Shown here piece by piece: positions 29,801-41,010 of a stretch of 64,000 nucleotides of DNA. Position 1 is the first letter of the stretch, and each line of letters starts with the position of its first letter. This DNA is from Phoronis australis (lineage: Eukaryota > Animalia > Phoronida): the NCBI GenBank assembly GCA_002633005.1, contig NMRA01000117.1:208692-272691 (forward strand), in the 5' to 3' direction. A program made the translations under genes and the position numbers. The notes beneath the pieces were generated by a model. That model was given only the letters and a program-made list of their open reading frames with translations, made no database searches and was not told where the DNA came from.

Positions 29801-32800
29801 TGTAAGTATGCGAATCTACACAATACCTCCTTTTCCTCCCTTTTCTTTTGGTGCGTCCCTGCGGATGGGCATGAGATGTCTTCAACATCTCTCGTGGCGC
29901 TTTTTATTGCCCATCTTTCCAGAGATTATTATTTTATCTTTATGTTATTTCTACACTCATATTTCTGTACCTTATCAGTCATAATAAATGACCTTATATT
30001 GCCTATACACGGTCTCCTTTGTATCTCTGGAAACGGAGCTTGCGACGCACCTATTATTTTCGGGACATATTCCGAGCATAAATATTAACGGCAGATTATC
30101 ACATGTGTGATCGCACTCCGAATCTTAGGTTTACAGCACAGTATGAGGCAAACCAGTGAAGCCAGCAGTTTTCTAAAAAAATAATTCTATGTACGTTTTT
30201 GAGCATACTTGAATATTACGATACCTTTATAAATGAAACAGGACTTAATCAATTGCTTCTTAATCGTATTGACTGCTACGTAGTCGCCGTTGTTTTGTTT
30301 ACATCAATGACCAAAGGTCACATATGCCACATAAGGGAAATGTGCCACTACGTGTTTGTCATGCCATACCAAATAAGGAGACACGCTTTGCCTTGTGGGA
30401 GAAAAATCGATTAAGTGACGAGTAGTTGTCATATGTTCTTTTGAAGTTTGAAACTAAAAGAAAAATGCTTGGACATCATCAGAAATTCAAAATCTTTATG
30501 AACAAACTTTAAAAATAGCCGATGAGCAGGTTGAATTCTGTTTCAATGACAGAATCATTCAACCGAGTCTATTTTTCGCGTTTCAGGCCTCTTTAATGCA
30601 ACAATGCAGGCCGTGGAGGAGGGCACGTGCCTCGTGTTGGTCAGAGTGAATCCCTGGCGTTGGGGTAACATGGGGCATTCGAAAAAAACAAAAAAAACAG
30701 CGAAGCATGTAGAAGAGAAACAATTTTAGAGACCCATGTCGGGACATTTTTACTAGTCAGAGGAGTCCCATGGTTTTGCAGTATAGATAGTATTAAAGGC
30801 ATTTGAAAATGTCAATGAACTTCAAAAAAGATTTTGTTAAATATTTTGTTTTCATATAGTATGGATAAATACAAAAGATGACATGCATAGAATTACCATT
30901 ATATCTGGTCAATAGGTAAACATTACAAAACAGTAATAACATAGGCCAGATATACACGTAAATATACAATATACACGCATGCTACATGTATTTACATACA
31001 CAGATATATTAATGTACACACACATACATTCACTCTTACACACAAATGTGCAAGCGGAAAAGTCCGATAAAACTCATTACTCATAGATCTTTCTGAGTAA
31101 ATTCACCAATTTATATAGGATTATTTAATAATTAGAAAACAATATTTTAAGTAATCGTTGATGTTTCGGTAAACTTAGTTGCAGTGAATAGCTAAGAACA
31201 CAAGCTAATTTTGCCATCTGAAATAAGCCTCTAAGAAATTGGTGTTTCGGCAAATTTTGACATAAGTTGATGAAATTTGGTCAATTCTTAATTATTTTAC
31301 CCACGGAAAGCAGCCACCGTAAACTCGTTTACTTTGTGTTCCAATAAGGGATTTTGAAGCAGCCCAGGGACCGCAAAAACCACACCCGAGGTGTGCCTTC
31401 AAAGCACGACCCTAACAAAGTGTACTTTTTTCCAAACTGGACCCTAGTAAGATGCATCTTGTCCTTACGTCTTATTTTCCCACTCCAAATTAGATGAACA
31501 TACAACCTAAGTTTCCAAGACGATGTTTCGTTTAGTGAGGTGGTGTTATTTCTCCTAGTGCTTCGCCGGTCTTCTTTGTCTGCGGTAGGAATTTCTTATG
31601 TTACTTGTATAATAATTTTCGGCACCCTAAGTACGTGGATTTTATAAAAAATACGCCACTATAAGTCAAAATCATGTCCTAAACGCGTAACGTGCGTAAC
31701 ATGATCGGGTCTAAAAAATGCTTTCTCGTGAAATTTTGTTGAAACACGACTACCCAAGTTTCTGGTAACTTCATTCCATGGGGTTCCCCTCAACAGCAAA
31801 ATTCGCACGCCTATGGATGAAGGTTCGAATTAGTTTGTACCCCCCTGTTTGTTTTCCTACGGGCTTGGAATTGTATAGTTCAAAATCAGAACGTGATGCT
31901 TGGCCAAATTAGTTAGAAACACAACGATGTGAATATGAAGTAGTTTGAATTTGCCAAATGTTTTTAATAACGAGTTTTGTGGCGAAAATGATCCGCCTTA
32001 AATCACTGAACCGTGACGTGGTGCTGGGGAATAACACTATATGATGAGGGCTAAGTGAGCCCCTGAGGTACGTCATTAGTGCAAAGGTCACCTATTTGCA
32101 GAATTTTTTTGTTTTCACATTTACTAGTTGACAATTGATGAATACAACTGCACTTTGTTTAGCATAGATTATGCTAAAATAGCATTGTCGTTTAGTTCCT
32201 GCTATACATTAATATAGTTAGGCGCATACAAATACATCTTAAAAACTTTGAAGAAATACGGTAAACCCTTTTTAACTACGTACCAGTTGATTGCATCTGG
32301 TTTTGCACTCTGATTTCAGGTTGCTGGTAACACCGCAAATATTTTCTGTCTATTTGGGATCAGTTACGAACAAACAATCGGAAATCACCAGAGATGTTAC
32401 TCAAATCGTTCATCATCCCAAGTTATCAGAACTTTACAGTAGTCAAGTTCGATGGTACAACGACTGGGATTTCGCCTTACTGAAACTTTCGACGCCAGTG
32501 CAATTCTCGGACACCGTGCGACCTGTCTGTTTGCCTGATGGAAACCAACCTCCCCCCGTGTCAAGCTTGTGCTATGTCACAGGCTTTGGCTATTCCAGTA
32601 GGTCCAAGATGCAATGGGATGTAGAGAAATTCAGTTACATCTATCGTACATGCAGGCATATAGGTTTCAGCCACAGACGGGGGTCCTGTCTAATAGGTCC
32701 TAGCTCTAACTTATTATGACCAAAAGACAAACAAACGCCGTTCAATTTAAGACATGCTTGCGTCTACAAATGAAGTTCCATGATAGAGCATTGGGGGAAA

Positions 32801-35800
32801 GTTAATTAATTCTTATTAGTGGCGTAAATTAATTATTTGCGACGTAAAGTAATTGTTTGCGGCGTAATTTTACCTCGACACTTTCCTCCCAACGGCCATT
32901 CATAAAGTTCGGGTGCTTGCGTGCCCTCTCGCTTATATCACAGTGAAGGACTTACTAGGCAAAAGACCTGTTGTTTCGGCGTTGGTACATGAACCTGCTT
33001 GAATAAGCGCACATACACAATAATTTAGCGCTGTGTAAAGTCTAAACGATTTGTACGGATTGTTTTTTATTCTTGTCCTCTAAACGAACATTCAGTCATA
33101 GATTTTAAAGGCGAAGGCAACCTTTTTTCATGTCATTTTTTAGCAAAAATAGGGTTCGTTGATTATCCCAGACATATTTTTCACTTATTTTCAGCTTTTC
33201 GTAATTTAATTAATTACTAGTCGTCTACTCCGGAAGTTACGTTTTGGGAGGCAAGAATTTCGCGCCAATTTCTTTTCATACAGTCTGACCAATGAGCTAT
33301 ACCAGGCGTGCGTTCAGTAGACGCTAGGACCTAGGCTAGGACCTAGCCAAAAGCTAGTCAAGGTCACGTGCTCTTATTTAAAATACACGGCAATATCTCG
33401 CGTAGTCTCGCAAAGTCTTGCTTTTAAGCTAGGTCCTAGCGTTACTGAACGGGAGGCAGGTATAGCTCATTGGTCTGACTGTGAGAGCAGTCGAGTCAGT
33501 CATTGTTCTACCTCGGTTGTGATAAGTTCGGTCGTCGTTTGCTTTTGTTTACGAGTCAGTCAACATGCCATGCTGTTGCTGCCTACCGAGATGTACTCAT
33601 TATCGTCTCACGTACAGAGGAAGAACTTTCCCACTTGCCCGAGTGTTCCGCGACACACTCCCAGTGGATGGTGACTTGAGCACCCAAACTGCTTACATTC
33701 CGCCGCGCGAGTCCCTCGTCACACACATGGCACCTTCTAAATAGTTCCAATACAAATCCACAATAAACTTATCAAACTTATATGGCTCACCGATCTGTTC
33801 ATTGGATGACGAACTGTCCTTTTCACTGGGTGTCAAACTGGGCCTGTATTCGCTCCCACTACTCAACATCGCTGCACGGCTGCTTACAGGCTCTGGGATA
33901 GAGAAAACAGCACACGGGGAATCACTGCTAGTTCCTGGAATTGCACGCTATGGGGTACGTTTGGAGGCATGGGTGACAGTTGATGAAGTGCCTCCAGTCA
34001 CTGTATATAGTGGCCACAGCTCGCGAGGCTTCTCGCTTCCAAAAACGCATTTCTCGGGGGTGGCGACGGGGCACTGCCGGTAATCAACAGCGACGGTACG
34101 GAACCCTTCTTCAGACGTTGTTTCGCAGGTTCCTTTATCAATTCAGCGTACATATCTCTGTCGTGATCTGACGGCTGAAAGTGTTTGCCACTGCTTTGTA
34201 CGTTGCGTGAACGGGTAGCGCTGCGTTCTTCACACGAACGAGCTAGCCAAGTACGGCGAAGTGTGTCATCCTTCGGAAAGCGATGCAAGGTACCCAAAGC
34301 GCGTGTGAGACGATAATGAGTACATCCTGGTACGCAGCAACAGCGTGGCATGTTGACTGACTCGTAAACAAAAGCAAACGATGACCGCCCTTATCACATC
34401 CGAGGTAGAACAATGACTGACTTGACAGCTCTCACAGTCTGACTGTATGAAAAAAAAATTGGCGCGAAATTCTTGCCTCCCAAAACGTCACTTCCGGAGT
34501 AGAGGACGATAAATTAATTAAATTACGAAAAGCTATAATTAAGTGAAAAATATGTCTGGGATAATCAACAGACCTTATTTTTGCTAAAAGTGACATGAAA
34601 AAAGGTTGCCTTCGCCTTTAAAGATGAAGCACGACTCTTCAAAGGTTTCTCATTTTCCAGAAATGGATTCATCAGCGTTTTCGACACTACTGCATCAAGC
34701 AAAAGTTCGGGTAATTCCGAAAAATCAGTGTTCACGGATGTACCCAAACATATTGACCACATCTATGATTTGCGCGGGCTACTCCACTGGACAGATAGAT
34801 GCTTGTAAGGTATGGATATCATATTCATAACTGAGCCGCCATGAGAAACTCCTGAAAGTGGAGAGCGAAATATATTTTTGTGCGTGAATTCCATTTTTGA
34901 TTTCTCATGAACTCCTCTTGTTCCACGAATAGTGGAAACTGAAGATTCCTTCGGTTTCGATGTCTAATATCAAAATCAAAATTGGGTCACTTAACCCTGC
35001 AGAATCAGCCTGGATTTTTTTTTTTAAATATCTGAAGCATTTATTTCTGTTATGAGGAAGAACACCCACATTTTGTTCGCGGGATCAATTAGCGCTTACT
35101 AGGCCAGTTTAATTCACCGGCAAATCTCTCAGGTTAACTACTGAATGTGCGAACCAATGCCATCATGGCATCGACAATTCGAAGTCGAATTTGATTTTGC
35201 ATTGAAGGACTAACTGGAAAAGAGGAACATTTTTAACTAATGATTGCCTTAAGGTTTTCAAGTTGCGTTTCTTACCTGCTGACGGTTCTAGCGTGTCACA
35301 AGGTGGCTCAACCGCAGTTTTGGACCGGAACTGAATGTGAGCGACAACTAATGGCGCAGCTTTAGATTTTGACCTCATGAAAAAGACCCTACCGAAAAAT
35401 GGTCCGTAAGGGCGGATCCAGGATTTTGAGTTGGGGGGAAGGCAGGGCAGAGTATTAGCCAGGATTTTTCCCGCCAGACATTCGCACCCCCGAACTTCCG
35501 AATGGAATCAGGGATAATTTCAGGGGGGCCATGGCCGTTGCCCCCTCTAGTAAATCCGCCAGTGGCCCGGGCGAGTCGTTTTTAACAGAGTATTATTTTA
35601 ATGAGAAATATTTCGAAATCGTGAAAGAAGCACCCTTCCCCTGTTAAAAACTTGTCAGTTCATTGAAAATCCGTCAAAGTGGAGACATTTCAGTGGGATT
35701 TATGAGTAGCTCGTGCTTCGCGGAGAGATGTCAAAAGGGGAGAAGGAGTGGGGGCCGGTGAGGTGGGCAACAATAGGTCTCGACAGAAGGGGTGAATTTG

Positions 35801-36580
35801 AGGGGGTGGGGTAGCTGATAAGGGGAGTAGATCATTATTTCGCTCGTTATTTTGCCTGGGTGTTCATTCACATTAAATTTAGGCCTCGTCCTACTCTAAC
35901 TTGATCATTTCTCAGCTTTAAAAAAGAAGCTGGGTCATTTTCACCTTCAAAAATGGCCCTTTTAGGTAATTTTGTGCTTCACCGGGGGGGGGGGGTTTGT
36001 GTTTAGTAGTGTCCAGAGAGAGACTTCCCAAATCCCCCTATGTTATCTGAACATGTGACAAAATTTCACTTTCTATTTTGTCGGTTAAGATATAGCATTC
36101 CTTCGTTCTACGCAAATATCGAATGCAAGGCCCATTGGTGTTTTAATACCAATGGGTAGATAAAGAATAGCACAAAAACTGTCGTCTCGCGGTCCATTTA
36201 TCGGAACGCACAAAAAAGTCGAGATAATACTCTTGCGTAACGAGGCATTGTTATGTAACCACTCTGCGATGACTTGATTGACGGGGACGCGTGAATAAAC
36301 AGAGTTGTTTTCTGCTCTCTGGTTTATCTGTGCACGCCTGTCGAAAAAGTTTAGAGGTCTCTGTTTTAGTGTTAATCTAAGTTAAAGAATGGCTTGTGTA
36401 ATTTGTTTTTTTCCTATGTAGGGTGACAGCGGTGGACCTCTAGTCTGTTTGGACTCCCATAACCGATGGACAGTGCACGGTGTCGTAAGCTGGGGGAAAG
36501 GGTGTGCCGAGGCTGCCTATCCCGGAGTCTACGGTCACGTGGGCCAAATACTAGGATGGATACACAAATATGCCGGTTAA
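20877..36580 (+). CDS. Type II transmembrane serine protease (TMPRSS/corin-like; TM - Ser/Pro/Thr-rich stalk - LDLa x2 - SRCR - trypsin S1 domain), 10 coding exons, apparent frameshift in exon 2
   Basis: Coding exons with AG/GT boundaries and compatible phases: 20877-21084 (TM: [25 protein letters not shown]), 23296-23975 (stalk + LDLa [35 protein letters not shown]; frame break near 23714-23720), 24330-24440 (LDLa [35 protein letters not shown]), 25993-26107 (SRCR: [23 protein letters not shown]), 26982-27035 (least certain), 28067-28110, 28827-29004 (CG..Y|[26 protein letters not shown]), 32320-32597 ([23 protein letters not shown]), 34661-34809 ([15 protein letters not shown]), 36422-36580 ([26 protein letters not shown]). 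Catalytic His/Asp/Ser are intact. The gap at 26295-26751 could hide an exon. Confidence 0.88.
24458..25227. mobile_element. Kolobok-type non-autonomous element (AG..YY ends, TTAA flank)
   Basis: TTAA|agaggcatgaaacgcga ... tcgcgttccatgcctcc|ctaa; homologous along its length to 29144-30592. Confidence 0.75.
26295..26751. other. Assembly gap (N run)
   Basis: 457 N, bordered by a (GGT)n tract. Confidence 0.99.
28444..28602. mobile_element. MITE of the CAGTGGCGGA family
   Basis: cagtggcggactt...taactcaaaatcctggatccgtccct. Confidence 0.75.
29144..30592. mobile_element. Second copy of the 24458-25227 element, interrupted by a ~720-bp insertion (~29360-30080)
   Basis: Shared blocks (aaactctgtagtcaccacagagtttctaat; tatgaggcaa-ccagtgaagc; ttgaaactaaaagaaa; ggttgaattctgtttca); ends tcgcgtttcaggcctct|ttaa. 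Confidence 0.75.
33302..33460. mobile_element. MITE nested in the left TIR of the Kolobok-like element
   Basis: Inverted ends (cgttcagta-acgctaggacct / aggtcctagcgttactgaacg), flanked by TA(TA), absent from the right TIR; a second copy occurs at 20160-20316. Confidence 0.8.
33998..34351 (-). pseudogene. THAP-domain ORF (transposase N-terminus, degenerate)
   Basis: [31 protein letters not shown] matches the THAP C2CH signature with the third Cys replaced by Ser (agt for tgt). Further downstream on the same strand (about 33772-33615), [29 protein letters not shown] is a CxxC...CxxxH zinc-finger remnant. Confidence 0.75.
35408..35564. mobile_element. MITE of the CAGTGGCGGA family (reverse orientation)
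   Basis: gggcggatccaggattttgagtt...taaatccgccagtg. Confidence 0.75.
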
Positions 36581-37988
36581 ATTCAAGTCTTGAGATATTC
36601 AACAATTCAGAATATAGTATGCGATGACTGTTATATAATTAGTGACTTTCATGGAGGTCAGTGTGTCTGTTTTCACTGAGACCCCAAAAATGTGACAATG
36701 AAATTTGCATTACTCCACAAAAAGCCTTTTTAAAGGAATATAAAATCGCTTTATCATAACAGCGGTCAATACGAAAGTACGAAGGTAAACATGACTCCGA
36801 AATATGAGTTTATAACTCGATAATCTATCCAAATCCTATGTTAAACTTTTTGGCATCACCTTACGGAACGTCAAAAGAGTGCAAAAACATTGCTATGATT
36901 ACTTGACGTAGGTCGGTTCTTGAGAAACAAAGGCACTGGTGGCCGCAAGAAAATCTTGCAGCGGAAATTGTGGAGTTCTGTACGATAATCTTCATGGTTC
37001 TCAGGTAGAGCCACAAAATTGTTGGTATGTAACATTTGTTTTAATTTTCTGTTATAGCTTATGGATATTATCTAGGCAAATATAACAAAGAATGTGTTGA
37101 GACTGCATTCGCTTTATTAATTTAAAACACATTTAACATATTTTTTAAAAGTTTTATGTATTTTATTATTGAAATTTAATTTTGTCAATCAAGTAACAAA
37201 TGGGTCACTAAACAAAGAAATATACATAGGTTTGAGTGTTTTTAAAGTCGCACCTCAAATTGGCTTCAACTGTCCATGACGCAGGTGAGCCTCCAGTTTT
37301 CAACGGAGGGCTCTTGTGCCTTGTCAGTTAGACCACTGAGCTAGACACTGTATTTAGCTCACGGTTAGACTCAGTTTGTAAGGTGACGAGCACTAATTTT
37401 CCACAAAAGTAAATACAAATACCTTTGTTTATTTCAAGCATGGTCAGTAGTGTGTATGTGTAATAAAACATTTCCTACAGTTCCCATTGCATGCAAACAT
37501 TATATGGCATTGAAAATGGGAAAATTTGCCATTGTAATTTGTTTTGTGCAAAAGTAAGTGGAGAAGTGCCGTATAGGCTCGAACTAGCAAATGACCGGAG
37601 ATGTATGCTATACATCTACCAGTGTTATCGTGTTTTATCCATTCATTTCTATCGACTGCCCGCATCCCCGTCACAATTCTAAATCGATACAATGGAAAGG
37701 TATGGTTAGTCATGTGTTTATCAAAGGTTTATTTACTCTAGGCTACCCGGTACTCGTTACATGGTCACGAGATTCTGTGCGTTCAAAGTCATCACTAACC
37801 GGATTTTTCGGTTCGAGTGTAGACTCACATTTATGTCAAATTTAATGCTGTCTTGCTTATAAATAAAATATAAATTGAAACAATTCTTCCTCGTCAGTCG
37901 TATTAGACGTTCATGTCAAAGTAAGAACAGAATAGGGAGAACCCGTTTTCTATAAATGGCCAACAACAGCAAACAAAACGAACAATAC

Positions 37989-38467
37989 CACGGGAGGACC
38001 CAGGATTTCGAGTTAGGAGGCAGAAGCGGATTTAGGGGGGGGGGGGGGGGGNNNNNNNNNNNNNNNNNNNNNNNNNNNNNNNNNNCCAGATACCATTTGG
38101 CACGGTTCGGGAGCAAATTGTTGACTAGCACATGCACGCAACCAGGGGGCCTCGGGGGATGAATAAACAATGCATAGGCCCTGAACAAACCCCGTTTACC
38201 ATTTTTTTTAGTCAAAAGGTCCGCAAACCCAAAAATTCGAGACCCCTGCATCCCTACATTTTAGATTGGGCGCGCGCATCTGCCGAAATTCTGGTTATTC
38301 CTGTGCCCTGGCCCCCCTAACTCAAAATCCTGGATCCGACCCTGGGAGGGACCAGGGCAGAGTATTAGCCAGGATTTTGCCCGTCAGACATTCGCACCCA
38401 ACGAACTGCCAAATGGAATCTGGGATAATTTTAGGGAGGGGGCATGGCCCCCCTAAATCCGCCACTG
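37989..38467. mobile_element. Two nested CAGTGGCGGA-family MITEs (long copy ~38021-38344 inside an oppositely oriented short copy)
   Basis: The outer copy matches 35408-35564 (cagggcagagtattagccaggatttt..cagacattcgcaccc); the inner copy matches 38837-39129. Contains the gap 38052-38085. Confidence 0.7.
38052..38085. other. Assembly gap (N run)
   Basis: 34 N after a poly-G tract. Confidence 0.99.
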
Positions 38468-38836
38468 AATACCACCAGGGTGTACCCGAGCCCGCTGGAA
38501 GAAAAAATATCCTCCCATAAAGAAATTTCTTAAAAAGTCACCCTTTCGTGAGAAAATTTAATCAAAAATTCCTTTTGCGATCCCGCCGGCTACGCTTGCA
38601 TGGCTGTAGAAGATGATGCACGCCTCACGCCGCCGACTGAGAAATCCGGGCGGAGAGACATTCGCACTCCGGCCGATAGCATTCTGAAAGCGGAGATAAA
38701 CCCCCGATGTATGTGTGATAAATCTTAGAAGCATCACTAAATCATACCGTTCCATAGAGTTGAAATGAAAATGATACCCTTCAGTTGTAGTACGCCGGAT
38801 CGATTTTAGCGGCATCCGTTGGACGCTAGTTCCCGG

Positions 38837-39129
38837 CAGTGGCGGATTTATGGGGGCGGGGGCAAGGGGGCCATGGCCCCCCTAAAATTCTCCCAGATAC
38901 CATTTGCCAATTCGGGGTGCGAATTGCTGACTAACATATGCGCGCACCCAGGGGGGCTCGGGGGGGGGCGAATGCACAGTGGCCTTGAACAAACCCCACC
39001 TTTTTTAAGGTTCACACTAAACCCAAAAATTCGAGACCGTACATTTTAGGCTTGGCGCGCGCATGTGGCGAAATCCTGGTTATTCCTGTGCACTGGCCCC
39101 CCTAACTCAAAATCCTGGATTCGCCCCAT
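38837..39129. mobile_element. MITE of the CAGTGGCGGA family (long variant)
   Basis: cagtggcggattt...ccccctaactcaaaatcctggattcgcccc. Confidence 0.75.
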
Positions 39130-40199
39130 AGATGCAGTTCAGACGAAAAAGTCAGTCACTACCTTGACCGGAAAATCGACGCTTCCGGCCGCCGGGCCGG
39201 GCGACACATCCCCACTCATATATATCGAAGTACCCCCGGGCTGCCTCCTCAGTTCTCACGGCTATGATGCCCCCCCCCATCGATGAGGATGCTCGGGCCG
39301 GGCGGCATCGCCTCGTCCAACCAAATGCCATGCATCCACTCGGCAATTCGTCCGACGCACCGGGTAGGCCTAACCCCGCCGTTATGACCGTCACTGGGCA
39401 GCTATAGCTAGGCCAGTGAGATGTAGGGCCTACGTAACCTACAGTACACATCGGAACGGAGTCTGTGTCGGCTCCCTCTTTGAACGGTCAGTTTCCCGTC
39501 GGCGGAGCAGTCCAAGACGCTGTCCAGATCGAGCCGTGCAGGGAACTAACTTTGGAGCCGGATGCAACTGACCGTGGCTCTTGTGCAGTGGCCCAACATT
39601 CAAAGCGTTCGGTAATAATCCCTAGTTGCCGTTAGAAATTTTAAGTCACTACGGGACAAATCGGTATGCATGCGTGCATTGTTCCCTGGGGCGTGTCATA
39701 CATCAAACTTGCACTATCGACTCCGTGAATGGCTCCGCCGGTGGCCGACTGAGCCGGGCCCCGGCACCCGCCCGCTCGCGGGGCCGGGGTTTCAGTGTCG
39801 TGGGAAATCTAACTCATTATCTCGTAAACTCAGTATGAAGAGATTAAGATGAGATAATTCAAACGAATATTAAATGTTTATTTATCAATAAATGCATTAC
39901 AAAGGTCCCCAACTTCGTCATTGTTTAAATTTTAGGTAACAAGAGAATCGCGCTTATCATTGTTTCGATGTAGTTCAATTTTATTTAGGGAAGATCTTTG
40001 AAAAAGATTGATGCACGCCGTAAACAAATATTTCTTATTAAACGAGGACAAGCAACATACATTATCGCTTGAAATAGTTTGAAGAAGCAAATATAGATTA
40101 CATTTTAGTGCAAAATTTACATATGTTCATAGGCATTACTTCTTTCTACTTTTGAATTGCTTCAGGGAAGACATTCCATAAAAGTGCTTGAACTGCACA

Positions 40200-40207
40200 T
40201 CATGTGA
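40200..40207 (+). promoter_or_regulatory. TCATGTGA M-box/CLEAR-like E-box upstream of cathepsin B
   Basis: Matches the MiT/TFE binding motif typical of lysosomal gene promoters; CCAAT at about 40334 and a CRE-like tgacgt at about 40445 are nearby. The TSS is unknown; an acceptor at 41001-41002 implies a non-coding upstream exon. Confidence 0.3.
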
Positions 40208-41010
40208 TTTAGCTTGTGACCAGGAAGATAAGCTCAAACTGGTAAAACTTAGCGATCCACGAGTGCCTGCGCATTGCCCCCACCAGTCAGGTAGGTGAAC
40301 GGTTTCGTTGGTCTGATTTCCTAATTGAAATGAACCAATAGGCCTACTGTAAAAATAGTAAGAATTCATCACGAGTCCTTGGTGCAGTCTAATCCCAAAC
40401 CGAAAGTTCATAAGTTCGCTCATTGGGACAGCCGGGTTTCGTTATGACGTTATGTGTCTCGGCTGACTGCTTAGCTCAGTTAGTGTGGTGCTGTGATGCG
40501 TAGGCATCTTTACATGTCGTCTTCCTATAGGCAATATGTTTCCAATACCTTGAATATGGGACTCCACATTCAGAATATCGTGTCGACATCATGCCTTAGG
40601 GACGGTGTACACAACAGTTATTTTTTGATGGAGGTGCGGATCTAGGATACCAGTCGTAAAGGGGAGCCCAACCACAGTTTTCAAAAGGAAAACTTCCACA
40701 TAAGTAATAAAATCGGCATACCGACTGATTTTTTATCCATGGTCATAGGGGGAGAGTTACTGCCATTGAATAATTGCTCGTTAGTGGTAGTAAGTGCTTC
40801 TCAAATCAATTTCAAATCAGGGACCCACCTTTCCGACTATTTCCCAACTAACTTTTAAGTGTCACTCATAGCTGTAACAGTGTCAGGACATTTTACTCTT
40901 AGATTCAGTTTGTTGTATGTGGATGGGTTAGATATTATTTGCCATGAGCTGAAATGTTTTTAGCCCGCTAGGTCTTCAGTACCAATTCATGAATTGTTTC
41001 AGGTACCACA

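Larger units (their letters stand above)
33109..34617 (-). mobile_element. Kolobok-like non-autonomous DNA transposon with ~313-bp terminal inverted repeats and truncated THAP/zinc-finger transposase remnant
   Basis: TTAA at 33105-33108 and 34618-34621; termini AGGCGAAGG...CCTTCGCCT; inverted repeats 33109-33611 (interrupted by a MITE) and 34305-34617; internal THAP ORF. TTAA TSD, RR..YY ends and a THAP domain together are characteristic of Kolobok. Confidence 0.8.

Noticed and set aside
37260-37345. Hairpin downstream of the protease stop as SECIS, pre-miRNA or tRNA
   Set aside because: Lacks SECIS geometry and a cloverleaf; lies between minus-strand A-box-like and B-box-like motifs, so more likely a degenerate SINE head.
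39152-39451. GC-rich minus-strand ORF containing LPSGCMAFGW, faintly like a THAP start
   Set aside because: No downstream THAP motifs (FP, W, CxxHF); too weak to call.
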